Notes: generated by a model not told the origin, from the sequence alone. 63,918 bases of DNA, filler included, from Octopus bimaculoides (GCF_001194135.2; 5 parts of 5 records of this genome joined end to end with filler, not necessarily neighbours in it), one strand, 5' to 3'; counted from the whole stretch's first letter, positions 40,616-55,049 are shown. Made by a program: numbers and translations.

Positions 40616-41588
40616 CCACTATATTTTTTCTTTTTTGTTAGTTTCGTCACATATGTCCCACATTTTGAAATACTTGTAATTCGTATTTTTACTGTTTATA
40701 TTTGTTTCACTTGATATATTTCCAAAATTAAACATCTTAATATACAAAATATACTTCACATTATTACACAGACTATACGTTAATGCAAAAAATATCGGGT
40801 TTATTGATTATCTTCAAAATGATCTCACCCTCAATGGAAAGTTCAATGCCAACTTGCTAAGGCAGTTATGAAAGGCTATCAAGACCAAACACCCAGAAAA
40901 AACTGATGAATGGAATCTTTTCAACACACAAGTCCTTGGTTCCAATGGGTGTTACGCGTGAGTGGTTTTGAACTGGTTGATCATCCTCCCTATTTTAGGG
41001 ATCTAGCTCCAGCTGATTATCATCTATTTCCCAACAAGAAAGAACACTCGGCTGGGCACCAGTATCACTGTGATGATGACGTCTTATCTGCTGTTGGTGA
41101 TGATTTTGACCAAAGGATAACTTCTTCCCCAGTGCGATCCAAGCACTGCAACTACTGATGGAAGTGTGTGGACATTAAGAGGAACTACGTTAAAAAATGA
41201 ACTTCATTGGTCACATTCCGTGAGAGTGTCTTGCGCAGCCTATGAACAGTTCAGTCGACCCTCATGATAATAAAAATTATCATTATAACTGCATTTATTT
41301 TAATGCTAGCATTGAAAAAATCCACTTTTTTCGTAAAAAGAATTTGCAGCACCTAAGCAAATTTTGTTTCCGGGCCACTATATTTTTTCTTTTTTGTTAG
41401 TTTCGTCACATATGTCCCACATTTTGAAATACTTGTAATTCGTATTTTTACTGTTTATATTTGTTTCACTTGATATATTTCCAAAATTAAACATCTTAAT
41501 ATACAAAATATACTTCACATTATTACATAGACTATACGTTAATGCAAAAAATATTGTGTTTATTGACTATCTTCAAAATGATCTCACC
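40616..41588 (+). repeat. 214-bp near-identical direct repeats (40616-40829 and 41375-41588)
   Basis: Read directly from the sequence; only about 4-5 substitutions. Confidence 0.9.
40830..41265 (+). mobile_element. Mariner transposase 3' fragment with right TIR
   Basis: GFELVDHPPYFRDLAPADYHLFPN and KCVDIKRNYVKK*, with TIR remnant agcctatgaacagttcagtcgaccctc. Confidence 0.85.
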
Positions 41589-41779
41589 TGAGAGAATTCA
41601 CAACAGAGTATGATTTTACATGTTGCCTACAAAAAATTTGGCCGGCTGTGCTTGACGTAATGACTGTTTTAATTGTTTATATCCACTGATAATCTTTCGA
41701 CTCATCGGTTTCAACGTAGCTAACATATAATAACAGTCACACAGATCTACAAAGGAAACTCAAACAAATATTCACTCAC

Positions 41780-41984
41780 AAGTAGATTGAATTTTGCGAA
41801 TCTGACGTGCACGCACTATATCTGTACTCTAGGCATAATAGCCGGGAACTGACGTGCCCTATCGGCGCGAAAATTGTCACGCATGCGCAAAAAGGGTGGC
41901 ATCTTCTCGCACCCAAAGGTTTTTGCTTACGCGTCATTAGTTTGGGCAGGAAAATAAAGTCAGGTGCTTTTTGAACGCACTTCG
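41780..41984 (-). mobile_element. Mariner 5' end fragment
   Basis: TA|CGAAGTGCGTTCAAAAAGCACCTGACTTT terminal motif on the minus strand. Confidence 0.55.
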
Positions 41985-42569
41985 TATAATCATTGCACGA
42001 CACTCTTGAACAAGTAACAGAGCTTTGCCTCACAAACAATCAAACAGTCATGAATTAGAAATTGCGACAAGAAAGTTTACACATAGGAAACGATATTATA
42101 TTAGTTCTTACAAATAGTTGATTAAAAAAAAGATTTTGTAATTAAGCTGCAAAGACAGGAGAAAATATACACATTAGGTTCATGCCGTTGAAATACTGCG
42201 GCGTATCAAGGTTGAGTACGAGCCGTGTTAACAAATGTTAAACGAAACAGAACGAGTATGTGGTTAGCTTAGCTGCGGGCGGCCACAAAATAAAGGAAGA
42301 GACGAGACGTGTTAAAATGAATCGCCCGATCTCTGCACAAATTGTGGAGCAGCATTTAGTCGGGTAATCTTCTACACTCTGCGAACTTCATGCTGAAACA
42401 TGCCTTTTAATAAAATTTGTTAGGTCGTTCTACTAGGTTCTAGAGAGATAGATGCATAACGTGAAACTTGGGTACTGATCGGTTTAGATTTCGGCCGATT
42501 ATATATAAAAAAAAAAGCTATTACTAAACTTTAATTTTAACTTGGCAGTTCGTCACGTCGGGTTCGTAT

Positions 42570-42802
42570 CTTGCTACGAGATGATGATGACGACAATGAT
42601 GATGATGATAAGGATGATGATGAGTACAATAATGATGATGTTGATGATGACTTTAATGAAGAACAAAAGCTTCGTGTAGGATTTGGTGAATAGAATGGAA
42701 TTATTTTGGTGACAACGAACATGAAAAGAGAAAAAAGAAAAACAGAAACACGATAACAATAACAACACCACCAACAATGACGATGATGATGATGATGATG
42801 AC

Positions 42803-42860
<58 letters not shown>

Positions 42861-42890
42861 ACGACGATGATGACGATGATNNNNNNNNNN

Positions 42891-42926
<36 letters not shown>

Positions 42927-43045
42927 ACGACGATGATGATGACGATGATGATGACGATGATGACGATGATGATGATGATGATGATGATGATGGCAACAAC
43001 AATTCCATCACCATCACCACCACCATCATCACAACCACCGCCGCC

Positions 43046-43077
<32 letters not shown>

Positions 43078-43214
43078 CAACAACAATGATAATAATGATA
43101 ATAATACTTCTACTACTATTGCTACTACTACTGTTGCTTCTACTATTACTACTAGTACTGCAGCAACTGCTGCTGCTGCTGCTGCTTCTACTACTACTAC
43201 TACTACTACTATTG

Positions 43215-43247
<33 letters not shown>

Positions 43248-43349
43248 ATAATAATAATAATAATAATAATAATCATTATCAATATAATGAGGAAGAAGAA
43301 GAAGAAGAAGAAGAAGAAGAAGAAGAAGAAGAAGAAGAAGAAGAAGAAG

Positions 43350-43389
<40 letters not shown>

Positions 43390-43410
43390 GCAACAACAAC
43401 AACAAGTAAC
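42570..43410. repeat. Compound trinucleotide microsatellite array (GAT, CAC, AAC, AAT, CTA/CTG, GAA, CAA)
   Basis: Direct reading; it produces the homopolymer ORFs in the track. Confidence 0.95.
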
Positions 43411-43800
43411 GAACGACAACAAAAAGAAAGAAATCAGAAAGAGTGAAAGCAAAGGAGGAGAAAACCCACGTGGAAATTACCAATCTTGATGCATGTTTTA
43501 ATCTTGGTATGTGTTAGTTGTCAAGTGAAGCACGTTCAGGAAAAGCGTGTAATAGAATTACAGCAGACGTATCAATGGTCTGACAGGATTTGGACGGTTT
43601 CGGAGATGACAAGTGGCGCCACCTGCGAAATCTAGACCATTCCGCCCGGCAACTTGTCAGCTCTATAGAATATTAATCACGTGTCTCCAGCGTCTCCACG
43701 TGCTTTCACTAGGATCTGTTAGAAAAAAAAATATTTCCAGCAATATAAAAATAAAATTCTGTTAAGTCACTTAGTTCGACCTACAACAACAGCTACTACT

Positions 43801-43894
<94 letters not shown>

Positions 43895-43983
43895 TTGAAA
43901 CGGGTGGATCAGTGTTTATCAACTTATGATTTCAACCACAGCAATAGTAACTATAGTGATCGCAGTAAGCAGCAGCAGCAGTT

Positions 43984-44052
<69 letters not shown>

Positions 44053-44379
44053 TCATTTCTAATAGTACTGTTACTTGCTGTTGATGTTGTATTAAGTAGC
44101 TGTTTGTCAACGCTGAATGTTTGTTAACCGTTGGTTACACAAGCATATACGTATGCTCTTCCAAACACCTCATAAGAAAATACTACATCGTTCTCCAAGA
44201 ACAAAAACATAACGATGAATTTACCACTCTATCTTGGACACATCCATTCCATTCAGGAATACTTAAAACTGATGCAGTCAATGTTTAACAGAGAAATATC
44301 GTATCATGAACAGTAACACAAATATTTTTCTTTTCCTGTAGGTCAGTATTGTGACTATGACTGTTCCTGGCTTCAGCAT

Positions 44380-44960
44380 GACTTGACAAGCTTACTCCTT
44401 ACTTGTCGGTTTTTCGCCTGAGTTTGCTGTTTATTATGATCAAATCCTTTCCACTTCATATTCCTTTCTGCGGTATCTTTGAATCTCAGTCTAGGTCCTC
44501 CATGGTTTCTTTTCCCCTTGCATAGTTGGAAATAAAGGAGTTTGTCTGGGGAGTCTGTTGTTATCTATCCTGTGTATGTGGCACAGCCAACATAAATTCT
44601 ACACACACACACATACACATATATACTTATACACATATTATTATTATAATACTAACATCCGCTGTCAAATAGCTGTGGCATGACTCGATATGCTTTCTCC
44701 ATTCTGTTTGATTCTTTGATTGAATATGCCATTTATTACTATCAATTCCTTTTCACTTAATGTTCCTTTTTTTGCAATATATTTGAATCACAAAGCAGGT
44801 TTACCATGGTTCCTTTTCCCCTTGCATAGTTGGGAGTAAAGAAATTGCCTGGACAGTTTGCAGTTGTCAATCTTGTGTACGTGGCCCAACTAACGTAAAT
44901 TTCTATCAACGAGGATTTCCATCATAGGATCCTGACTAGCACGCCATAGGATTTCTTCAT
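44380..44960 (-). mobile_element. Two diverged RTE-like 3' fragments (about 44380-44600 and 44795-44960)
   Basis: Both encode LxWxGHV/IHxID...QGxRNHG-like sequence on the minus strand. Confidence 0.55.
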
Positions 44961-45073
44961 TCCTAATCTTGTCAAAGAGAGTGATATTCATAACAGCACT
45001 AATAATGAACCAGAAAAAGGAAACAAACCTCAACTTGTAAACACACTATGACATATGTGTGCATATGTATGTG

Positions 45074-45111
<38 letters not shown>

Positions 45112-45699
45112 ATTTGTGTATATTTATGCTTATGTAGTATAGGCAATAGTTAAAACTCGGGTGACATCAGACGTCGCATAAGAAGGTGACTATCATTTTT
45201 CTCGTGGAATGACGCAAGTCCCAAGTTACTGAATGCCAGAATTTAAACCAATAGTTCCCAGACATTTTCAGGTTCCCGCCCCCTTTCCTACCCAAGACAC
45301 ATTCCTAGCGTCCCTCCTCCTGACCACCACAAACATAGATCACTTTTTGCAGCGAATTCACAATAACAGTATTTCACAAATAAAACTCAAACTAATTAAC
45401 CCATTACTTTGTTGTTTTTACAATCAACGCCCTCTTTTGGCCACCTCATTATCGTCCCACTTTTCTTCAACGCCCCCGTGGATCTTTCCACTGCTCCCTA
45501 TATCGTTTCACCGTCCCTAGACCTTTCCACCGCCCTCAAGGGGGCAGTACCACCCACTTTGGGAACCACTGATTTCAATTTTAGCAGTGAAGTAATTATA
45601 TTTAATAAAAGTAGCGACGCTTCAAGTTAACATATACGTACATACATAATAACGGATAAAGATCCTTCACGAATCGTATAGGGTCATAAGACTGATTTC

Positions 45700-45850
45700 C
45701 TGGATTCCCTCCCTCAACCTATACGAACGCCGGTCTGATGCAGGATTATTCACTTTGGCCAGCTGAGTGAACTGGAGCAACGTGAAATGAAGTGTTTTGC
45801 TCAAGAACACAACGCGTCGCCCGGTCCAGGAACCGAAACCACAATCTTAC
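45700..45850 (-). mobile_element. SINE family C, partial
   Basis: cagctgagtgaactggagcaacgtgaaatgaagtgttttgctcaagaacacaac is the reverse complement of the 11709 copy. Confidence 0.75.
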
Positions 45851-46479
45851 GGCCTTCACATTATACATACATACGTACAAACGTACCTACCTACCTACCT
45901 ACCTATCTACCAACCTACCTATATACATACATGCCTACATACATACATACATACATACATACATGCATACACATACACACAAATGCACACACACATACAT
46001 ACATACACGAACACATACATACATGCATATACACATATATATGTATGTAAATATATATATATTTATATATGTATGCCTGTATATCTATATACGTATGTAT
46101 GTACGTATGTATGTATTATGTGTGTATTATGTATGTATGCATCTTTCTATCTATCTATATATGTGTGTGTATGTGTGTATGTGTTTATGTATGTATGTAC
46201 GTATGAATATATGTATGCATGTATACATGCATGTGTGTATGTATGTATGTATGTATGTATGTATGCATGTATGAACGTATTCATTGACCTTTCAAATTAC
46301 ACATTTTATTATTCAAAATATATTGAGCTACATTGAATTTAAATTCAATGAAAACAGCACTAGGAATAAATGTTTAGCTGACGTATATAGTTACAAGTTT
46401 ATTGAGTATTTGTCTCGTACTTCAGACACGTACAAACACCTCCGTAGACACATGGATAAACACCTCCGTAAACACATAG

Positions 46480-46654
46480 ACAAATATTTCTATTTATCTA
46501 TATCTGTCTGTCTGTCTTCTCTCTGTCTGTCTATTTATCTGTTGATCTATCGATCTGTTGATCTATCGATCGATCTACCTGTTTATCTATCTAACCGTCT
46601 GTCTATCTGCCTATCTATATATCGATCTGAATGTTTGTCTGTCTCTCTGTCTGC

Positions 46655-46732
<78 letters not shown>

Positions 46733-47613
46733 GTCCGTCTATCTGTCTGNNNNNNNNNNNNNNNNNNNNNNNNNNNNNNNNNNNNNNNNNNNNNNNNNNN
46801 NNNNNNNNNNNNNNNNNNNNNNNNNNNNNNNNNNNNNNNNNNNNNNNNNNNNNNNNNNNNNNNNNNNNNNNNNNNNNNNNNNNNNNNNNNNNNNNNNNNN
46901 NNNNNNNNNNNNNNNNNNNNNNNNNNNNNNNNNNNNNNNNNNNNNNNNNNNNNNNNNNNNNNNNNNNNNNNNNNNNNNNNNNNNNNNNNNNNNNNNNNNN
47001 NNNNNNNNNNNNNNNNNNNNNNNNNNNNNNNNNNNNNNNNNNNNNNNNNNNNNNNNNNNNNNNNNNNNNNNNNNNNNNNNNNNNNNNNNNNNNNNNNNNN
47101 NNNNNNNNNNNNNNNNNNNNNNNNNNNNNNNNNNNNNNNNNNNNNNNNNNNNNNNNNNNNNNNNNNNNNNNNNNNNNNNNNNNNNNNNNNNNNNNNNNNN
47201 NNNNNNNNNNNNNNNNNNNNNNNNNNNNNNNNNNNNNNNNNNNNNNNNNNNNNNNNNNNNNNNNNNNNNNNNNNNNNNNNNNNNNNNNNNNNNNNNNNNN
47301 NNNNNNNNNNNNNNNNNNNNNNNNNNNNNNNNNNNNNNNNNNNNNNNNNNNNNNNNNNNNNNNNNNNNNNNNNNNNNNNNNNNNNNNNNNNNNNNNNNNN
47401 NNNNNNNNNNNNNNNNNNNNNNNNNNNNNNNNNNNNNNNNNNNNNNNNNNNNNNNNNNNNNNNNNNNNNNNNNNNNNNNNNNNNNNNNNNNNNNNNNNNN
47501 NNNNNNNNNNNNNNNNNNNNNNNNNNNNNNNNNNNNNNNNNNNNNNNNNNNNNNNNNNNNNNNNNNNNNNNNNNNNNNNNNNNNNNNNNNNNNTTGTCTG
47601 TCTCTCTGTCTGC

Positions 47614-47695
<82 letters not shown>

Positions 47696-47704
47696 GTCCG
47701 TCTA

Positions 47705-47735
<31 letters not shown>

Positions 47736-47810
47736 CTCTGTCTGTCTCTCTGTCTGCGTGCCTACCTGCCTGTCTGCGTGTCTGCGTGTCTGCCTGTCTG
47801 AGTACTTGAC
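46480..47810. repeat. (TATC)n/(TGTC)n tetranucleotide array spanning a gap
   Basis: Direct reading. Confidence 0.95.
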
Positions 47811-47888
47811 ACTCAAACATACGTTCAAGCAGGCACAAGCACACAGAGTGGCATATAAATATATGCAGAAACATGCATGCTCATAGAT

Positions 47889-47937
<49 letters not shown>

Positions 47938-48174
47938 CACACATTCACACACATGTACACACACACATACAGTTACATGCACACGTACATACACACACAC
48001 ACACGTACGTGCACACATAGACTCGCACACACATGCATAGACTCACACGCACCCCCAAACACACATTCACACACATGTACACACGCATAGAGTTACATGC
48101 ACACGCAACACACACACGTACGTACACACATAGACTCACACACACACGTACACACATGCATAAACGCACACGCA

Positions 48175-48208
<34 letters not shown>

Positions 48209-49130
48209 GACACATACGTATACATTTAACCATTGAGACAAACACGTACCCTCATACTCGCGCGTACTTGGGAAACTGGGTGAAAGAGCATAGAACAGTG
48301 ACACGGTTAGAGAAATAAACCGGAGAGCAGGTGGTGGGTATTATTTTCTTCGAAAATTAAATTATAAACCGAAGCAAACAGAACAAAAGGTAAAACAAAC
48401 AAACAAACAAAAACCAAACAACAGTTTATGACTCATTGTTCTCTATAGTAAGTTATTTAATCTGAGGTTGTTGTATTAGTCTGTAATCGAAACAGGCAGA
48501 CGTCAGAGTGAGTAGAAATTAACTAGATCAAGCAAGATGTAAGCTAATTGAAGTCAATAATCGATCAATATTAATCAGCCAGTTACAAAGTGACGAGTCT
48601 AGACATCGTGACCAACGTCTTTAAGTGTGAATTTTAAAGAAGATAAAGGGGGGGGGAAAGGTGTCTTGGACAGCAGGGTAAGAGAGAGTTTAAAGTTGGT
48701 TGTTAAAGGAAATTTGAGAAAAAAAGCGAGAGAGAGAGAAGGGGGAGTCAGAGAAAGTGAGGAAGCGAGAAGAAGAGAGAGAGAAAGAGAATTAGAGGCG
48801 AGTGGGAGGGGGAAAGAAAAGACAGGTGGGACGAGAGTAAGAGGGAAGGAGAATGGAGTAGGTGAGAGATGAAGAAAGAAAAAAAGGGAAGAGAGAGAAA
48901 GAGATAGAGAGGGATTGGCGTGAAAGTGAGAGAGGGGGGCGAAGGAGAGAAAGCGATGTGCGAAGGAGAGGGGAGAGAGAAGATAGGGGACCAGAGAGCG
49001 AGAGAGATATAATGGTGAGAGGGAGAAAGGAAAGAGAGAGAGAGAGTAAAAGAGAAAAAAACTATCGTCAAAGTTAGGCAGAAAAAAACATGAATAAAAA
49101 GAAACCGGTTGGAGAATGAATATGTGTGTA

Positions 49131-49173
<43 letters not shown>

Positions 49174-49527
49174 GTGTGTGTGTGTATCTGTCTGTCTGTG
49201 CGTGTATGAGTCTGAACGTGTAGGTGAGTGAATGTGTGCACGTACGTGTGCGTAAGAGTGTATATGTGCGTGTGAATCTTTGTGAGCGCATAAGTGTGTG
49301 TGTGTGTGTGTGTATAAATGTCTGTTTTGCCTCTTTGCGTGTATAATTGTATGTGTGTGTGCATGCGTGCTCGTGCGTTTATGCGTGTATGCGTTTGTGT
49401 GTGTGTGTGTGTTGCTATGATACCACTCAGAACTTTATATTCATTTCGTGTATTTATAAAGTTTTACATTGGTTGGACTATTCGTTTCCTTTCTTTCACT
49501 TTTTCTTTCGTTCTTTCTTTCTTTCCC

Positions 49528-49579
<52 letters not shown>

Positions 49580-50789
49580 TCTTTAATCTATACACTTGTC
49601 AGGAACAAATGAACGCAAAACTCACGGGTAAATGTTTATTATTTATACCCTGTCTTGCCCATTCACGACCATGTACGTTCACCATAGGATATGTGTGTCT
49701 TAACCAACATGATCTCAGAGCCAGCAGTACAGTGCTTATCGACCAGACATGAACTGGTACGATTTAATACAGGTCGCCATAGTCAGCCATACTTCTTCAA
49801 TATTCAGTTCATTCTTATTATAAGAACGCTACGAATATCACGTGATACACTATTTCAGTTTCATAATTATAAATCTGACATCTTATAAAACTAGTTCAGT
49901 TAACACATGAAACAATAAGCGGCACATTGTGTTAGTTTACAGAAGAAGAACCCCACAGCTATGTGTTATATTATGCGAATCTTTATAAATGAGTATACTT
50001 ACAGTTATGGAAAACAGTCTCGAGCCTGGAACAAATATGCACACACGTGAAGAAGATCCATGAAAGACAACCAATGGAACCGGTAGTTTCACAATGATTG
50101 ATTTAGTGGAAAGCATCCATTCGCTGTATCGAAATTACATACGCATGGACTAATAGTTATGATCAGCGGCCAGTGAAGACATTGGTGAAGCAGTTGCTTG
50201 GAACATGCAATCAATAAAGTTACAAGATACTTGAAAATGCTAAGCGTTTACAAGATGGATTCCATGACTTAAACAATAAGTTAGGATAGCGTTTGAAAGA
50301 TAATAATTTTTTCATGCAAAATTGTTTTTAAGGAAATATTTTATACTCCGAGGGGAAGTTTATAAGAAATTACGTATAGAATTCTGAAAGAATCCTACAC
50401 GCATACATCTATACATAGACACATAGATACACAAATACATACACGTATATACTTACCTACACACACACACACTTGAATATACGTATGCACCCTCAAATAC
50501 ACATATACATGCACTCATACATGTATACACACATATATAAATAAACATCTATATACACATGTGCATAAGTATACGTATATACATACATACACCCATGCAT
50601 ACGTATACGTATATACATACATGCTTATACATGAAAACATACATATGTATACGTACACACATACACACACATATGCGTATAAACTTAGATATGTTTCGAC
50701 CAAATATTGGTCCAGACTATGTCTAACTTAATAGCACCACTTGATATGTTCAGCTAAATCCTTTTTATGTCAAGTTTCGTGGTATCATG

Positions 50790-51185
50790 GTCTATTCGTG
50801 TAGGGAGTTCTTGTTGATTGAGTTGTATGCAGGTATCGGTGACTTATCTGGTATTCCTTGAAGAAATTTGTCCAGATTCCGTTTAAAGGTAATGGGATCC
50901 TTTTCCTCTTTGATCTGTTTCGAAACAATGTTAAATAGAGCAAGGCCTGTTGAGGAAAAGAAATTGTGTTGCAGTGTGTTTATGTGCTGTGATCCTGAAT
51001 TGAGTAGGGGACTATGGCCCTTGGTCCTAGCCTTGGCTGAATTTTGAAACTAATGTTGAGGTCGTTTGGGCAATGCTGTTGGCATATATTCCAAATCGTG
51101 CAAATGATGTATCGCTCGCGGCGGCGCTGGAGAGAATAGAGTTTCAATGCTTTAAGACGGTGCCTTTAAGTCATGCCCTTAATTC
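50790..51185 (-). mobile_element. CR1-clade LINE 3' fragment
   Basis: LKALKLYSLQRRRERYII..LALFN..FKRNLDKFLQGIPDK. Confidence 0.8.
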
Positions 51186-51479
51186 TTTTATTGAATGGCC
51201 TCTGGTGTGATTCAATTTTCGATATATATATAAGTGAAATTTATAGAAAAACAAAAGTCAAAGACAGGTGTCTGAACAACAAGCAGGTGTATTAGTTTGA
51301 CGTTCGGGTAAATGGAAAAGTTGTTTACGTTTCGAGGTTACGCTCTTCAACAGAAAGGAAAAAGAGAAAATAAACAGAGAGAGAATGAAAAAAAATGTTT
51401 ACTAACGGATCAGACACCACGGAGGCATAAAACCCACTAACACTAAAAACTGGGCAAATCTTATAATTACTAAAACCAA

Positions 51480-53130
51480 TAATAATTTTAGAACCACATT
51501 GTGATATATTGTTCCATTCGCGAACAGATAATTTCCAAATCCTTAGACTGTTCTTTACAGCGATAGAACACTTTCCTAAAAACAGCAGATACCATAAAAT
51601 ATTTAATAAAGATAATGTGCACCTCACCTTTTCCAGTAACCACAACCTGACACAAATAATAGCGGCTCATAATGCAAGTAAACTATACAATTTCCATGGG
51701 GATCCTAGTAACCCGAATCTGAATAATAAGGAAGAAATAACTAACAACAGAAGGGACATAGGCGATGAGAATGTAGTAGTAGGCCTGAGGTAAGGGGTGT
51801 ATGAACAGAAGAATCAACAGTCAAACGGAAACAATGCTAACAAATTCGTTCACAGGCACAGAAATAGAAGGACGAACCGCTAGAAAGAGCAGCACCAAAA
51901 CTAATAACCACAGGGAATTCAGAAATAATACATGGGGAACAAAGAATAGAAGAGACTTCTAGTGAAGTCAATAATAAAATAAATAATAGAAATACACAAG
52001 CAGGATTATGAAACTGTGTAAGAAATAAAGTATGCCCGTTAAACTCAAAATGTAAAACTAAGAGCTTGGTCTATAGATGTAAACTTATCTCGGAGGGAAG
52101 GGAGTACTTTTATGTAGGGGCCTGCATAATCATTTGAATTCCTTTAAAGATAGAAAAAAATAAATAATAGAAGCCCAAGTAAATTAAGTTGGTCAATTAA
52201 AGACAAAAACAATTGCTATTCTGTCGAGTGGGAACTAATTAGTACTGTTAAGCCTTATCGAGTAAGGGAAAACAGATACAAAGAGGAGCTTTACTAAATA
52301 TTTACATCATAACTCACATTTATCAATATAAAACACGAACAAGCCCTTAGATGTTTATATAATCACGGCTAGACCTTTAAGAAATATAAAGATAATTCTA
52401 GATACTCAACGTTTCATCAATATAACCAGATCCTAATTGATGTAACAAATAGCACAACATAACCTAAACATAAAAATATTCAATAACTACCTTTAGCAAA
52501 AAAAAAAAAAAAGCATACCCTAATCGATGTACAACACAAATCATGAGCAGCCCAACCAAAAACTGAATATAAACAAACATGAAACTTTGAATACAAGCAC
52601 AACATACGTAATATAAATTAACACACACAACATTAAAACGAACAAAGAGCCTTACAAAAACAACAATCTCGGTCTCAACCTATTTTATGACCAAGCTCTA
52701 ACTTCGGACAGCGACTGGGATGAAGTTGAGGTCAACAGCACCCTCACCTCCCACAGAACACTAACTCTCAGGAATTTACTTCAATCAGTTCACTTCGAGG
52801 ATGACCAAATAGACGGACTCTGATGAAGCTGCACCGACAATTATGCAAGGTAGTATTTGCAATAGCGAGTAATCAGTTGCAATGGAAACACGTGTAGGTC
52901 ATTATAGTATGTTGTATATAACTATATAATAAATTTTGTGGATGTACAAGTCTTCATACGCTTTAGTGTTATGAATATTATACAATCGTATAAATGATGT
53001 CTATTACCTCTCCAAGTGAAACATAATAATATTAATTTAGCAATTGAACGTCAAGGCCTGTTGTCCTTAATAAACGTCAAATATTCAGCCAGCATTTTCT
53101 CATAAATTTATATTATATAAATTTATAGTT
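51480..53130 (+). mobile_element. Highly decayed Neptune-type Penelope-like element with 3' hammerhead motif
   Basis: EHFPKNSRYHKIFNKDNVHLTFSSNHNLTQIIAAHN (homologous to the 21869 ORF) and VCPLNSKCKTKSLVYRC..YFYVG. Boundaries are approximate. Confidence 0.7.
52816..52900 (+). ncRNA. Type I hammerhead motif with imperfect stem II
   Basis: gact-CUGAUGA (52820-52826)-58 nt-GAAA (52885-52888), palindromic stem III ACACGUGU, GUA triplet ending at 52896, then ggtc. Confidence 0.65.
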
Positions 53131-53449
53131 TTCAAATGACTAAGAAAGTGGTAACCGCTGCTGATTTTTCAATGTAATTTAAAAGGAAACACACTAATAA
53201 CGAGTAGGTAAATATGTATGTTCGATTTTCAGAAATAATACGAGGAGACGCATACGTCTATAACAGGGCTATTCATATTGGCTTTCTCATTTTGTATTGT
53301 ACGACAATGGTGAACCAGAATCTTGATGCCTATGGCAACACTCGGGAGGGAAAGGCTGAGACGATGACGTATACAAATTCATTAAAGCACAATTAATACA
53401 TCAGACTGAACATGTCTGAGAATACGTCAGACGGGTAAATGTAACATTG

Positions 53450-53738
53450 TGCGCGCATTGAGCATGTGTGCATTTATGTGTTGGTTTATGTATGTATATA
53501 TCTATGTGTGTATGTGTGTGTGTGTGAGAGAGAGAGAGAGTGTGTATGTGTGTGTATGTGTTTGCATTTGTGCATATATATAATGGTATGTGCGCATCTG
53601 TGTTGGAGTATGTATATACATATGCATGTTGTGTGCTTGTATTTGTGTATATATATAGTTGTATGTATGAATTATATGTATTCATATGCTTTTTATGTAT
53701 ACATATATGTTTATGTATTATATTACATTACATTACAT

Positions 53739-53772
<34 letters not shown>

Positions 53773-54204
53773 CTATTNNNNNNNNNNNNNNNNNNNNNNN
53801 NNNNNNNNNNNNNNNNNNNNNNNNNNNNNNNNNNNNNNNNNNNNNNNNNNNNNNNNNNNNNNNNNNNNNNNNNNNNNNNNNNNNNNNNNNNNNNNNNNNN
53901 NNNNNNNNNNNNNNNNNNNNNNNNNNNNNNNNNNNNNNNNNNNNNNNNNNNNNNNNNNNNNNNNNNNNNNNNNNNNNNNNNNNNNNNNNNNNNNNNNNNN
54001 NNNNNNNNNNNNNNNNNNNNNNNNNNNNNNNNNNNNNNNNNNNNNNNNNNNNNNNNNNNNNNNNNNNNNNNNNNNNNNNNNNNNNNNNNNNNNTATATAT
54101 AAATATATATATATATGCATTTGTATATCTGTCACGCTATTTAGAAGTGTATGTTTATATACACATATATGTATATACATATATATATTTATATATATAT
54201 ATAT

Positions 54205-54245
<41 letters not shown>

Positions 54246-54938
54246 ATAATACCTCAGTTTGCGAGGACCTACTTTACTACACCCCGGGTTTACGAGTTTT
54301 ATAATAAATATAAAAAGGTTAAGCAGCCATTTTGTGTGTGTGGCAACGTCGCAACATGTGGCAATACTGACTCTGACGAGTCTACACAGCGACAGAGTAA
54401 AATGATGGCATAAAATGTTATGGCAAATTATTACTCTGCTTTACGAGTTTTCGCTTTGCGTGCGATCTTCGGGAACAAACAAACTCGTATATTGAGGCAT
54501 TACGAAGTCGTATGTATAACGTGTGTGAGTGTACTACTACTCCCCTTCATACATGTATACGTAAGCGAATGTTTGTTAGGCTTGTTAGTCTGTGTTTATT
54601 ATACACCAGCCAATCGATCCATGCAAATGTAGACGAAGTAACATATTTAAATAACATGCACCGAGAAAACAGCTTTGTGAAATTTTGTAAAACTCAGATA
54701 TCATTACAAAAGTGAACTCGTAGGCTGGGGTTATACACATACCAACGTTCTGAGTGTACCTACCGGGTATCAGATTACCTAGCAAGTACACAACTGGAAA
54801 TATACGTATCTACTGCAAGCGAACAATAATTTCAGGGGATTTATTCGGGTATGGTGGTGGGAGCTGGGGGAGGGGGGCGAATAATTACATGCGTATATAT
54901 ATACATACATATAACTACTATAAGCGTATGTAAGTATG

Positions 54939-54971
<33 letters not shown>

Positions 54972-55004
54972 CTATGTGTGTGTGTATATATATATGTATG
55001 TATG

Positions 55005-55049
<45 letters not shown>

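Noticed and set aside
42701-43483. Long homopolymer ORFs
   Set aside because: Trinucleotide microsatellite translations with no complex coding sequence.
46284-47886. 400-500 aa ORFs
   Set aside because: Made of (TATC)n plus N gap; the same applies to other X-filled ORFs.
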